Part shown: positions 26,921 to 36,997 of the stretch, piece by piece
Layout of the letters: the number at the start of each line of letters is the position of its first letter
Position numbering within the stretch: position 1 is the stretch's first letter
Origin: a virus
Lineage: Duplodnaviria > Caudoviricetes
Reading direction: 5' to 3' (one strand)
Length of the DNA: 64,000 nucleotides
IMG/VR virus record: IMGVR_UViG_3300019288_000050
Span: 3,150-67,149 of that record
Program-made: the position numbers and the translations under genes
Notes under the pieces: model-generated
Databases searched by the model: none
Told to the model about the DNA's origin: nothing
Seen by the model: only the letters and a program-made list of their open reading frames with translations

Positions 26921-26960
26921 GTGCGGATTACCACGGAGTAGTTCGCGCCTTGTGTTTTTT
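26921..26960 (+). terminator. Terminator after TROVE
   Basis: GGTGCGGA..TTCGCGCC stem followed by TTGTGTTTTTT. Confidence 0.55.
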
Positions 26961-27023
26961 ATCACTCCACTATTGCTATTTTATGTAAAATGAACTAACT
27001 TTGCAATAACATAATATTTTGGC

Positions 27024-27077
27024 AAAGCCACAAGAGCTTCATGACCCCGACAAGGGTTGTGAGGCTCTTTTTGTTTT
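27024..27077 (+). terminator. Conserved late-operon leader-terminator, copy 2
   Basis: AAAGCC AC AAGAGCTTCAT GACCCC GACAA GGGTT GTGAGGCTCTT TTTGTTTT; promoter TAACTTTG 26996-27003. Confidence 0.8.
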
Positions 27078-27088
27078 ACCCGACCGAT

Positions 27089-27565
27089 ATGGCAGTAGAA
27101 TACACCTTTTTGATGCAGAAAACCACGGACGGCAGTGCGGTGAAATCCTCGCTGTCGGATTTTGGGTTTGCCGTGCGTGATATTCCGTGGCCGGATGAGG
27201 AAACGGAAGATGTGGCTACAAGGACGTGGCCGGGGAAGCATGGCGAGGACGCATACATACCTCCAAGCGGTCTGAAACTGCAAGCCTATGATGTTGAGGT
27301 GGAGTTCTGTTACAAAGGCGATGTGGGTACAGCCGTAGACGCTTACGAGGCTTTGCGAGATTATCTGATTGGCGCAAACGGTGACGGGGCGGAGTTGCGT
27401 GTCTATGACCCTTATTGGAGGCGTGGGCGACAAGGATTGCATGTCAAGAAGATTGGCGACTTCGACCCTCACCGCTCGAATGTGGACGAGGTGCTGCCTC
27501 TTAAAGTGACATTTCGAGTAACTGACCCAAAAACTAAAATAACACTTGTGTATGTGGGAGATTAA
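27089..27565 (+). CDS. Tail protein (distal-tail-like)
   Basis: Start MAVEYTFLMQK after the leader; precedes the large tail protein; VTFRVTDP C-terminus. Confidence 0.6.
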   Translation: MAVEYTFLMQKTTDGSAVKSSLSDFGFAVRDIPWPDEETEDVATRTWPGKHGEDAYIPPSGLKLQAYDVEVEFCYKGDVGTAVDAYEALRDYLIGANGDGAELRVYDPYWRRGRQGLHVKKIGDFDPHRSNVDEVLPLKVTFRVTDPKTKITLVYVGD

Positions 27566-30500
27566 GGGGAAAGACAATCAATTAAAGGCTACCATCAATT
27601 CGCTTGAATACAACGGCGAGTGGATGGGCGAAAGCTATGTGACCGTCACTGTCGAGTCGCCCGCGCCTGTCAACTTCGAGATAGGCGATTACATCATCTA
27701 CCGTGACGAGCGGTTTGAGATAAACTACAACCCCGGCAAAATCAAGTCGGCTCCCCGATATGAAAAGGGGGATGCGTTCAAGTACGAGAACATCAAGTTC
27801 AACTCGCTTGCAGACGAGCTGACACGGTGCGACTTTCTTGACATAGTGCTTAACGACAATCAGCTTCACTTCACGGGATTGCCGAAGTTCAGCTTCTATG
27901 GGGGCGTGAAAGACCTTGCCAACCGTATGCAAGCCAACCTTGACCGCACCTATGGAAAAGGCTCATGGAGCGTTGTGGTGTCGCCCGAATTTCAAAGCAC
28001 CAAGGAGCTGAATGTGCAGGTTGACAATATTAAGGTTCAAGGAGCATTAGAGATACTTGTCAACCAATTTGAGACCTACTACACCATATCGGGGCGCACA
28101 ATCACAATCGGTGCGGCGGGCATTCCGGCAGGGCATCTGTTCAAGTATGGCAAGGGCAACGGACTCTACGAGATTGAGCAGAATGCCGAAGCAGACCAAG
28201 CCATTGTAACGAGAGTACGTGCCTACGGCTCTACCCGGAACCTGCCACACCGATACTATAACTCCCTTTCGGGCGCAGACGGTCAGAAACTCATACCCGA
28301 CAACATGGCGGTGCAGAACCTCATGTTGCCGGAGTTTCCATATACAACCCAAGACCCCTATATCGACAGCCCGAACATCGCCAAGCTCGGAATCCGAGAG
28401 GGGACGGTATTCTTTGACGGCAGTGGCGAGCTTGAAGAAATCTATCCCTCAATCGAGGGCATGACTGCGGAGCAACTGAAAGCCGCAGGAGTACCTTGTA
28501 ATTCTACGGGCGCACTTGACGAGATTGTGAGTGCGGAGCAGATGACCGACAACGGCGTTGGTGAAATCAACGAGGGTGAGACACAAACCACTGCCAAGCC
28601 TCCGACATTCAAGGTCACACTCAAAGACCTCGGCTTTGATATAAACGACCACAAAACGACTGAAACGGCTACAATATCATTCAAGACGGGTATGCTTGGC
28701 GGTCGTGACTTCGAGATTGTCGGCTGCAAGAAGATAGAATCGGGCGGCAAGGTCACGGGCTACGAGCTTGAACTGAATCGTGTGTATGACGATGGCATAA
28801 AGCTGTGGTTCCCATACTCGGCATACAACGCCAAAGCCGGCGACAAATTTGTGCTTCTCTACATCAAAATGCCGGAGGTGTATATCAAGGCTGCGGCTCA
28901 GAGGCTCAAAGAGGCTGCAACGGAATGGCTGTCGAAGAATGACTATTCCCGCTCTATTTATGCTCCGAAAGTCGATGAGATTTTTATGGCACGTCAGCAT
29001 GACCTCGCAATGGCTTCGGGCGGCAAAATCAAGAGTCTGCACGACACTCTCAAAGAGGGTATGCTTCTGCTGTTCGAGGACGAGGATTTGAACATTGACG
29101 CTTCCATCTTCATTGACCGCCTTACAATTAAGGAGGAGGGGACAGTGCCGACATACGAGGTCGTACTGAAAGAGGAAAAGACCGTAGGCCGTCTCGACAA
29201 GATGCAGAATCAGATTGATTCGCTTGCGGCAGGGAAAGGGCAGGGTGGCGGAGGCTACACCGCAGCGCAGATACGCTCGATGATTGAGGCGTATGGTGAT
29301 ACGCGGTTTCTGTCTAAACTCAAAGACGATAGAAGCCAAGGGCAGATAGCGTCGGACAAGGCATTCGAGGTGGGCGATTTTCTTGCGGGGGTGTCGGGCG
29401 CGAAAATCGGTAAGGATGCCGAGACCGGGCAGACGTTTGGCGAGATGGATAGGCTGTTTGTCCGCGTCAAGGCTTATTTTGATACTCTCACGATTATAAA
29501 CGCGGAATCTCTCGCCGGAGAACAGCGCATCGCTCCCGGCGGAGGTGTGAAGTGCACATCTGTCGAGGAACTTGACGATGCTTACCGATGCTACTTCCTC
29601 TCCGAACAGGACGGCGAGAAAACCGAAACGAAAATCATAGCGGGTGACCAAGCGATAGCGCAGATGTTCAACGCCAAGACCGGGACTTCCAACAAGGTAA
29701 GCAACCACCGCTACTGGAGACTCGTCACTGCGGTGAGCAATGACGCATATGCAGACAACTCCGGCAACCGTTACGGCTATATCGACCTCTCAAAGACCGA
29801 CTGCGAGAAAGGCAGCGACATACCTCAGGCAGGTGACACCATCGTACAGTTTGGCAACCGCACAGACCGCACGCGTCAGTCGGCGATGGTGTTCAGCACC
29901 GTGGATGCAGATGCGCCGTCCATCAAACTGTTTGCCGGCATAGACTCCTACACCATTGCGGACAAGGATATAATCTCATACGGCTACGACCCTGTAAAAG
30001 GCAACGCATATTTCAACTGTTATGGCGACACTTACATCGGGGACCGCGACGGGACTACTTTTATAAAATATGACCGTGCCACGAAGACGCTCGATGTTAA
30101 AGCGAGGATCTCCGTCACGTCCACAATCGGCGGTACCAACATAAACGATTTTGTAAACAACGCTGCTCAGTCGGCCGCCGACAAGGCAAAGGCGGAGCTG
30201 CAAGCGAATATCGACATCCTTCAGAATCAGGTTGACGGTGTTATCGAGAGCTTCAACGGGTTCGGGGCGCCCACGCTGACGAACTACCCTGCGAACGAAT
30301 GGACCGCCGACGCAGAGCGCAGTCGGCACGACCGCGACATATACACGGACATCACGCCTTACGTGGACGACGCGACGACGCCTACGAGCGGCCAGTCGTG
30401 GAAGTGGTACTACAACTCGCCAACCGACTACGGCTGGGTGAAGATAGCGGACTCGGACGCAGTGAAAGCGCTGCAGCTTGCCACGATGAGCGTGCGCGAC

Positions 30501-33500
30501 ACCGACGTGCTGTACATATCGCACGCTTCGCCGCTGCAGCAGGACGCGCCGGCGCTGCCGGCTGTCAGTCCGGACGGCGTCATCACCGACTCCAAAGGGT
30601 GGCAGACAAAGGCGCCGGAGTGGCAGGACGGCCGCTATATCTGGCAGACCACCTATGTGCGCCGTGGCGACGGCTCGGCGTCGTTCTCGGACCCCACGTG
30701 CATACAGGGCGCCGACGGGCGTCCCGCCCGTCGTATATACCTGCGTGGGACGCAGATGAACCATACGGGCGCACCCCAGCTCAAGGTCGACGGGGCGTAT
30801 ATATACAACTCGGCATCGGGCCGCGGTGTGAGGCTTGTCACCCTCGACCGTCAGACGCTGGCAAAGGTAGATGATACCACCTACGACACCTACAACTCCC
30901 CGGCCAACCGCGCCAGCCTCGCAGCCAGGCTCGAATCGCTTGACGATTCGGTGTTCGTGACGCTGACGTCGTGGGACGCGATAGGTATGGACGCGGCCCT
31001 CAACGCGGCCCTCAACAGGTTCGGCGGTATGTTCAGCGACGTGTTCGGGGGCGACCGTCGCGCCCTCGCCTTCATCGGCTACAAGGGGCTCGGCCAGGGC
31101 TACGCGCAGTGTGTAATGGACAAGTCCGCCGGAACGGCGGCATCGGCCTATGCCGAGGTGTCGGTCTACGTGGCCGACGGCATGTTCACTACGTCGAAGA
31201 CCGCCGTGGGCATCGACCGCATCACCGAGCAGTACTACCTGTCGACATCGCGCACGCAGCTCCAGGGCGGTTCGTGGAGCGACACGCGGCAGCCGTGGGT
31301 TGCGGGGCGCTTCTACTGGACGCGCACGAAAATCACCTACACCGACGGCTCCGTGGCCTACAAGGGGGAGATATGCGCCACCGGCGAGGCGGGCGCGGAC
31401 GCGCCGAACCTGCTGCAGCGCTTCTCGGCGACGGGCGGTGCTTACGCGTCGGAATGGCATCCGTCGTACCTCGACGGCGACGTGTGGATGCAGACGTCCG
31501 CGGACGGCGGGGCCACATGGAGCGCGCGCATGCCCGTGGGACGCGGCGGCTACAGCGCCAACCTGCTCGAAGGCACGTCGGACGAGTGGCATGAGTTCGC
31601 ACTGGGCATGTACGCTTTCATATACGCGCACATCCCGCTTTCCGACCTCGGGCTGGAAGCCGGCGACATGTTCACCTTTTCGGTGGATTACCGTACGGGT
31701 CCTTCCGGCAAAGGCCTGCGCGTGGGCGTCGAGGCCTACAACAGCGAGGCCGACAGGGTTCTGGTGGCCCGCGGCAACACCGTGCGCGACGGCGAGGGGC
31801 GCGCTTGGTGCTCGGGTACGGTCCCGTCCGGGTATGCCGAGCTGCGTCTGCGCCTTGAAAACGCCGACGCGGCCATCAACACCATGAGCACCGAGGAATA
31901 CCGCGGGCTGAAGCTGGAGAAGGGCAACAACCCGAACCCCGTGTGGACTCCCGCCGCCGGGGAGATGGTCGGCAGGGACGGGCAGTGGCAGAAGTTCCAG
32001 TGGGCCAAGGGCACCGACGCCACAAAAGAGCCGACCGGCGGATGGAGCGACACCCCCGTGTCCGCGCTCCCTGGCGAGTACGTGTGGATGCGCAGCGGCA
32101 CCGTGGTGCCCCCGGCCGCCGAACCCGCGAAGTGGGAGCGTGCGGTGAGACTGACGGGCGACACCGGAGCCGCCGGCGGCGACGTGTACCGCCTCGACCT
32201 GGACAACGAGCGCGCCGCCGTGGCGTGCGACGCCGCAGGCAACGTGACGGGCCCTTACCCGTCGGCCGTGGCTTCCGTCTACAAGGGTTCCGTGAAGCTC
32301 GCCGACGGGGTGGCGTTCAGCGTGGCGGGGCAGACGGGCATATCCGCGTCCGTGTCCGCGTCGGGAGTCCTGTCGCTGTCGGCCATGACGTCCGACACGG
32401 CCGAGGTGGTGTTGCAGGCCGTGGCGGACGGCGTCACGCTCCAGAGCCGCATGAACCTTTACAAGGTGAGGCCCGGCAGCAGCTACACCGAGAACCTCGT
32501 CCTCAAATCCGGCGAGGAGGTGTCGTCCGCGGACTACGGGTTCAGGGTGTACGAAGTCAGCGGGGAGCTCGTGGAGGGCGAGACCTACACGTGGACGATA
32601 TGGGGGACTCCCGGCGCCGGCCGTTGTTTCCGCATATACCCCACGGACTGGAACGGGCGCATAGGCGACCCGGCGCAGCTGTCCGAGGGCGTGTACTCGA
32701 TGACGGCCAAGTGGAAGCGCAACGCCGCAGCCCGCAAGGACGCCTTCATGGTGCTGGCCGCGCCGCACGACGCCACCACGGTGTCCACGATACACAGGAT
32801 AAAGGTCGAACGTGGCGCCAACACGTCGCCCGTGTGGAGCCCCGCGCCGTCGGAGATGACGGGCGAGGACGCCGTGACCTACGACCTCCAGCCGAGCGCG
32901 GGCGTGATAAAGCGCGGCATGACGGGCGAGCCGGACGTGCGGGAGGTCTCGTGCGGCGTCTACAAGAGCGTAGGTGCCTCCCGCAGCCTCACCGGCGAGA
33001 AGACCCTGCGCGTATGGCGCATAGGCGAGGACGCTGCCGAGTCTACCATAGCGCACACGGGCGGGCAGTGCGCCCCGGTGGCCGTGACGGCCAGGACCGG
33101 GCAGGTGGTGTTCTCGCTCTACGACAGCGACACGCTGTTCGACGAAAGCACCCTGCTTGACCGCGAGCGCGTGCCTGTGGTGTCCGACGCCTCCGACCTC
33201 GAAGTCGGCGGCACGAACATGCTGCCCGGGACGAAAGGGTGGGCAGGGTGGATAAAGCACGGCTACGCGCTGGCCGGAGGGACGTACAACGGCCTCGGGG
33301 TGGCGCACCTCGCATACCCCGCAGGCGCCGCCGCAGGCACCGCCTACGACCTTAAGATGACGGGCCTCGTCCTCGAGCCGGACACCGTGTACACGCTTTC
33401 CGTGTGGGCGTACGGCACGGGCAAGTTCATATCCTATGTGTGGCCGGACGTCGGCGGGCGGACGTATTCCGTCAACGGCGTGCCGTCTGAGGCCACAGGC

Positions 33501-35195
33501 GGCACCATAGAGGGGGTGAACACGCTGACGGCGAAGTGGCGCCGCTACTGGGTGGTGTTCCGCACGCGCGGCGGGTCCCTGACCGACAAGAGCGCCTTTT
33601 TCCGCCTGGAGCGTCACGGCTCGGATGTGTGGCTCGCCGGCGCGAAACTCGAGAAGGGCAACGTGCCCACGGACTGGAGCCCCGCGCCCGGGGACGTCGA
33701 GGCCGAAATCTCGAGTTTCGACTACCTGAAAGACGCCATAAGCAACGGGGCGACGCAGTTCCAGGGCGGACTCGGGCTGATGCAGATGCTGCGCCTCGGC
33801 TCGTGGAACACGGCGGACCCCGACAATCCCGTGATGGTGAACGTGATGGCGGGCATGAACGGCAAGTATGTCAACGGGCGCACGCCTGCCATATGGTGGG
33901 GCGGCGACATGGTGGACCGTTTCAACGACGACGACACCCTGAAAAACCCCGTGCCGTCCAATGCGGCGTCGGGCCTCGTGCGCATGGACGGCTCGGGCTA
34001 CATGTCGAACGGGCTGATATGGTGGCGCGCCAACGGCAGCGGGGGCGTGGCGGGCTCCAACATCACGTGGAACACGCTCGGGAGCGTGAGCCTGGGCGCG
34101 GGCATTACCATAGACGCAACAAGCGAGGCCGGCATACAGAACACGCTCGGCGACATACTCCAGTTCATAAACGGCATCACCAAGTTCCTCGTGCCTGCCA
34201 AGGCGGACGGGACGGAGCTTGCGTGGAAGGACTACAAGGAGGGCGTCCAGCTGAAGGCGCGCATGAGCCTCTTTTCCGCCGACGGCGTGGCCGCCCTCGG
34301 CATGGGTCCGGAGATTTCCGGCGGGGCAGTCGGCCAGTCCGTGGAGCTGCTGACCGACTGGAGGCACGACCCCGCCGGCAAGGCCCTGGGCGCCGTCCTC
34401 GGCGTCGAACTCCGCGACATCGCCGACCATGCCGACAGCACGGCCGCGTCGGCGGAACTGAAAGCTTCCAACGCCGGCGTACGCGTCACCGGCCTCGAGG
34501 GCAGGCTGTCGCGCCTGTCGCGCCGCACCGTCGACAGGCACGTGCGCCGCGGCATCATGCCGCTGAACGCGGAACCGGGCATAATCTACAGGAATCAAGG
34601 CATCGCCAAGATGCGCATTTCCAAACATCCGGGCAGGTACACAGTCGACCTCGGCGAATACCTGCCCCCGTCGGTGGCGGGCGCGGCCGAAGTGCATCTG
34701 CGGGCGGGCGCCGCCGCCGTCGACGCGCCCCCGTCGGTGGCGGTGTTTTCACGGAGCGGCAACAAGGTGACGGTCGACATCCTCAGCCAGTATGCCGTCG
34801 CGGGCTATCCGGCCTGCATCATGCTTCACGTGTCGTTCCGCATGGACTGCAGATACCTGACGCGCTCCGGGCGTACCGGATACATAGCGTCCGCGGACGG
34901 CAGCGGCGTGCTCGAGGAACCCCTGCCGCCAAAGCCCACGGCCGCCGAGATACAGGAGATTCTGACGGGGCAGGGCCCCATGCCGGCCGGCTTCGAGGTG
35001 CAGCGCAGGCGCAGGTTCCTCGGCGGCCGCAAGCCCGGCAACCACGGGGCGTACGTCTACAAATGGTGCCTGCCAATGAAAGGAGGATACGGCATAGGCC
35101 TGTGGCGCGTGAGGCGGCGCACGCACAACCACGGCTACGCGAGCGGATGGGTGTATGCTATGTGCGGTCGCGGGGAAATGAAGATACTGTGGTGA
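27552..35195 (+). CDS. Large tail hub/fibre protein (about 2550 aa)
   Basis: N-terminal hub region (IVTRVRAYGSTRNLP), collagen-like GxDG linkers, an ILEI/GG-like domain and three CBM-like repeats ending KxEKGN..W(S/T)PA. Confidence 0.85.
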   Translation: MWEIKGKDNQLKATINSLEYNGEWMGESYVTVTVESPAPVNFEIGDYIIYRDERFEINYNPGKIKSAPRYEKGDAFKYENIKFNSLADELTRCDFLDIVLNDNQLHFTGLPKFSFYGGVKDLANRMQANLDRTYGKGSWSVVVSPEFQSTKELNVQVDNIKVQGALEILVNQFETYYTISGRTITIGAAGIPAGHLFKYGKGNGLYEIEQNAEADQAIVTRVRAYGSTRNLPHRYYNSLSGADGQKLIPDNMAVQNLMLPEFPYTTQDPYIDSPNIAKLGIREGTVFFDGSGELEEIYPSIEGMTAEQLKAAGVPCNSTGALDEIVSAEQMTDNGVGEINEGETQTTAKPPTFKVTLKDLGFDINDHKTTETATISFKTGMLGGRDFEIVGCKKIESGGKVTGYELELNRVYDDGIKLWFPYSAYNAKAGDKFVLLYIKMPEVYIKAAAQRLKEAATEWLSKNDYSRSIYAPKVDEIFMARQHDLAMASGGKIKSLHDTLKEGMLLLFEDEDLNIDASIFIDRLTIKEEGTVPTYEVVLKEEKTVGRLDKMQNQIDSLAAGKGQGGGGYTAAQIRSMIEAYGDTRFLSKLKDDRSQGQIASDKAFEVGDFLAGVSGAKIGKDAETGQTFGEMDRLFVRVKAYFDTLTIINAESLAGEQRIAPGGGVKCTSVEELDDAYRCYFLSEQDGEKTETKIIAGDQAIAQMFNAKTGTSNKVSNHRYWRLVTAVSNDAYADNSGNRYGYIDLSKTDCEKGSDIPQAGDTIVQFGNRTDRTRQSAMVFSTVDADAPSIKLFAGIDSYTIADKDIISYGYDPVKGNAYFNCYGDTYIGDRDGTTFIKYDRATKTLDVKARISVTSTIGGTNINDFVNNAAQSAADKAKAELQANIDILQNQVDGVIESFNGFGAPTLTNYPANEWTADAERSRHDRDIYTDITPYVDDATTPTSGQSWKWYYNSPTDYGWVKIADSDAVKALQLATMSVRDTDVLYISHASPLQQDAPALPAVSPDGVITDSKGWQTKAPEWQDGRYIWQTTYVRRGDGSASFSDPTCIQGADGRPARRIYLRGTQMNHTGAPQLKVDGAYIYNSASGRGVRLVTLDRQTLAKVDDTTYDTYNSPANRASLAARLESLDDSVFVTLTSWDAIGMDAALNAALNRFGGMFSDVFGGDRRALAFIGYKGLGQGYAQCVMDKSAGTAASAYAEVSVYVADGMFTTSKTAVGIDRITEQYYLSTSRTQLQGGSWSDTRQPWVAGRFYWTRTKITYTDGSVAYKGEICATGEAGADAPNLLQRFSATGGAYASEWHPSYLDGDVWMQTSADGGATWSARMPVGRGGYSANLLEGTSDEWHEFALGMYAFIYAHIPLSDLGLEAGDMFTFSVDYRTGPSGKGLRVGVEAYNSEADRVLVARGNTVRDGEGRAWCSGTVPSGYAELRLRLENADAAINTMSTEEYRGLKLEKGNNPNPVWTPAAGEMVGRDGQWQKFQWAKGTDATKEPTGGWSDTPVSALPGEYVWMRSGTVVPPAAEPAKWERAVRLTGDTGAAGGDVYRLDLDNERAAVACDAAGNVTGPYPSAVASVYKGSVKLADGVAFSVAGQTGISASVSASGVLSLSAMTSDTAEVVLQAVADGVTLQSRMNLYKVRPGSSYTENLVLKSGEEVSSADYGFRVYEVSGELVEGETYTWTIWGTPGAGRCFRIYPTDWNGRIGDPAQLSEGVYSMTAKWKRNAAARKDAFMVLAAPHDATTVSTIHRIKVERGANTSPVWSPAPSEMTGEDAVTYDLQPSAGVIKRGMTGEPDVREVSCGVYKSVGASRSLTGEKTLRVWRIGEDAAESTIAHTGGQCAPVAVTARTGQVVFSLYDSDTLFDESTLLDRERVPVVSDASDLEVGGTNMLPGTKGWAGWIKHGYALAGGTYNGLGVAHLAYPAGAAAGTAYDLKMTGLVLEPDTVYTLSVWAYGTGKFISYVWPDVGGRTYSVNGVPSEATGGTIEGVNTLTAKWRRYWVVFRTRGGSLTDKSAFFRLERHGSDVWLAGAKLEKGNVPTDWSPAPGDVEAEISSFDYLKDAISNGATQFQGGLGLMQMLRLGSWNTADPDNPVMVNVMAGMNGKYVNGRTPAIWWGGDMVDRFNDDDTLKNPVPSNAASGLVRMDGSGYMSNGLIWWRANGSGGVAGSNITWNTLGSVSLGAGITIDATSEAGIQNTLGDILQFINGITKFLVPAKADGTELAWKDYKEGVQLKARMSLFSADGVAALGMGPEISGGAVGQSVELLTDWRHDPAGKALGAVLGVELRDIADHADSTAASAELKASNAGVRVTGLEGRLSRLSRRTVDRHVRRGIMPLNAEPGIIYRNQGIAKMRISKHPGRYTVDLGEYLPPSVAGAAEVHLRAGAAAVDAPPSVAVFSRSGNKVTVDILSQYAVAGYPACIMLHVSFRMDCRYLTRSGRTGYIASADGSGVLEEPLPPKPTAAEIQEILTGQGPMPAGFEVQRRRRFLGGRKPGNHGAYVYKWCLPMKGGYGIGLWRVRRRTHNHGYASGWVYAMCGRGEMKILW

Positions 35196-35303
35196 CGGCA
35201 CAAAAAAAGCGACCCTCAGAACGGGGATACTGCCTGTAGACACACAACCCGTCCGGATGTCGCAGTGCAAAGATAGCAATAAAAAACGTAACGGCAAAAC
35301 ATT

Positions 35304-36617
35304 ATGGCGCAGATGACAGACAAAGAATACGTGAGCGTGGCCGGCGTGGCGTCGGCGCTCGGGGTGGCGGCCGACACGCGTGCCCGCCAGGTGGGCTACC
35401 TGTGCGGCAACGCCCACGGACTCATAAACATGTGGGCGCGGGGCAAGCCCGTGCGCTACCCGTCCACCATGCCGCTTTCAGACGGGCAGAGAAGCAAGGC
35501 CGACCAGGGCCTCGTGCCGCCCGACGGCGGACAGGCAGGCACGCCCGTGTCCGGGGAGTGGATGGAAAAGGTGTGGCGGTACGCCCCTCCGCGCGGCGGC
35601 GCCGACGAGCCTTACAGGCTTTCGGACTTCCTGCATTACGACCCGGACGCGCGCCCTCCGGTGTCCACTCCCGGCACGCAGTACATAAGCCCGCTCGACA
35701 GCGGCTCCGCGCTTCGCTTCAGCTTCGGCGCCTCCCTGTCGTCTATTGCCGGCACCGGCGACCTGACGCTGGGAGACTTCGATTACCTCAAAAACTATTA
35801 CCCGTGCGTGGCGCTCAACTTCGGCGACGGCTTCGTGCGCTGCATCACTGGCACGCGCAGGTTCGGCGAGGCCGGGCCGTCCCTTGTCAACCTGCCCGTC
35901 AGCGCCCTGCTCGGGTTCGCCGCCGGGGAGTTCGAATACTTCATGTGCGGCTGCTCCGTGTGCCAGACGGCTCTCGGCGTCCCGCCGTCGGCCGCCTATG
36001 TGGTGCTGCCCTCGGAACGTCCGCTCAGAGACCGCATCGTCGTGTCTTCCGGACGTGTGCTGGACGTGTATTTCGAGCGCGTGACGCCCGGCATCCTCGG
36101 CAGCGCCCTTATGTTCCGCGGGGAGCCCGTCTCCGACTACAACCCCGCAGGAGGCATCGTGCCCGACCCCGGCACGGGCCCCGGCGGCCCCATGCCCGCT
36201 TACCGCTACCTGAACGTCGGCGGCACGTACGGCCGCTCCACGGCGTCGTTCAGCATGCGCGTCACCAACCCGAACATGAAGGCTGTCAGCATCCCCGCGT
36301 CGGCGCTGAAAGCGTCCGTGTCCGGCAACCTCGCCGGCAAGACCACCATCCCGGCCCCCGTGCCCGCCCTGAAGCGTTTCAAGGGCGAAGGCAGCGTGAT
36401 GGAGTCCGCCGGAAGCATATCCCTGGGTCCGGGCGAGTCCGCCCGTTACGCAGTGTCGTGGCCCGAGAACTGCTGCATCATGGACGAGCGCAACCACACC
36501 GTGCAGCTCGGCGACACCAGGAGATTCAACGCCGGCTTCAGCCTCCTTTACAACAGCGGCTCCACCACCGTGCGGCTCGGCAGCGTGGGCATCAACATAA
36601 GCAACTACGACGTATGA
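35304..36617 (+). CDS. Tail fibre-associated protein
   Basis: 437 aa; VSVAGVASALG...INMWARGKPVRY N-terminus typical of Bacteroidales phage fibre-associated proteins. Confidence 0.6.
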   Translation: MAQMTDKEYVSVAGVASALGVAADTRARQVGYLCGNAHGLINMWARGKPVRYPSTMPLSDGQRSKADQGLVPPDGGQAGTPVSGEWMEKVWRYAPPRGGADEPYRLSDFLHYDPDARPPVSTPGTQYISPLDSGSALRFSFGASLSSIAGTGDLTLGDFDYLKNYYPCVALNFGDGFVRCITGTRRFGEAGPSLVNLPVSALLGFAAGEFEYFMCGCSVCQTALGVPPSAAYVVLPSERPLRDRIVVSSGRVLDVYFERVTPGILGSALMFRGEPVSDYNPAGGIVPDPGTGPGGPMPAYRYLNVGGTYGRSTASFSMRVTNPNMKAVSIPASALKASVSGNLAGKTTIPAPVPALKRFKGEGSVMESAGSISLGPGESARYAVSWPENCCIMDERNHTVQLGDTRRFNAGFSLLYNSGSTTVRLGSVGINISNYDV

Positions 36618-36637
36618 CCATCAAAAAAACAACCATT

Positions 36638-36973
36638 ATGACAAACGTATCATTCAAAGACATCCTTAACGCCACCGTCCATGCCGACAACTCGTCGGAC
36701 ACCGGGCGCACGGCGGACGTTTCCGCCGACGTGCAGTTCTCCGGTCGCGAGGCCACGGGCTTCATCAACGGCATCGCGCAGCCCACCGGCAGCCCCGGCC
36801 CCGTGTGCCAGTTCTCGGAAAGCCGCGGACACAACCTGTCCCTGACATTCATCGGCTACCCCGACGCCGTCAGCCGTCTCGACACCCTGCGCGCCGTCGA
36901 CGCGTTCATCGCCGGGGTGCGCGAATCCGCGCCGTCCATACTCGGAATGGGGAGCGGCGAAGACAATAATTAA
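36638..36973 (+). CDS. Hypothetical protein (possible fibre chaperone)
   Basis: 111 aa between fibre and endolysin genes. Confidence 0.5.
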   Translation: MTNVSFKDILNATVHADNSSDTGRTADVSADVQFSGREATGFINGIAQPTGSPGPVCQFSESRGHNLSLTFIGYPDAVSRLDTLRAVDAFIAGVRESAPSILGMGSGEDNN

Positions 36974-36997
36974 ATAAAAAAACAGACTTGTAGAGAC

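Noticed and set aside
26888-26921. Hairpin after TROVE as a third Y RNA
   Set aside because: Short, lacks T/D arms and GGTTACTTC; more likely an mRNA 3' structure.
27041-27088. Upstream ATG start for the tail gene
   Set aside because: Lies within the leader hairpin; ATG 27089 is more plausible.
29976-34697. 1573-aa minus-strand ORF and other long overlapping ORFs (31943, 33536, 35402, 35478)
   Set aside because: Shadow frames of the GC-rich tail genes; Arg/Ala/Gly-biased with no recognisable motifs.
27552-36617. Diversity-generating retroelement targeting the tail fibre
   Set aside because: No reverse transcriptase ORF and no TR/VR repeat pair seen in this window; it cannot be excluded outside the window.
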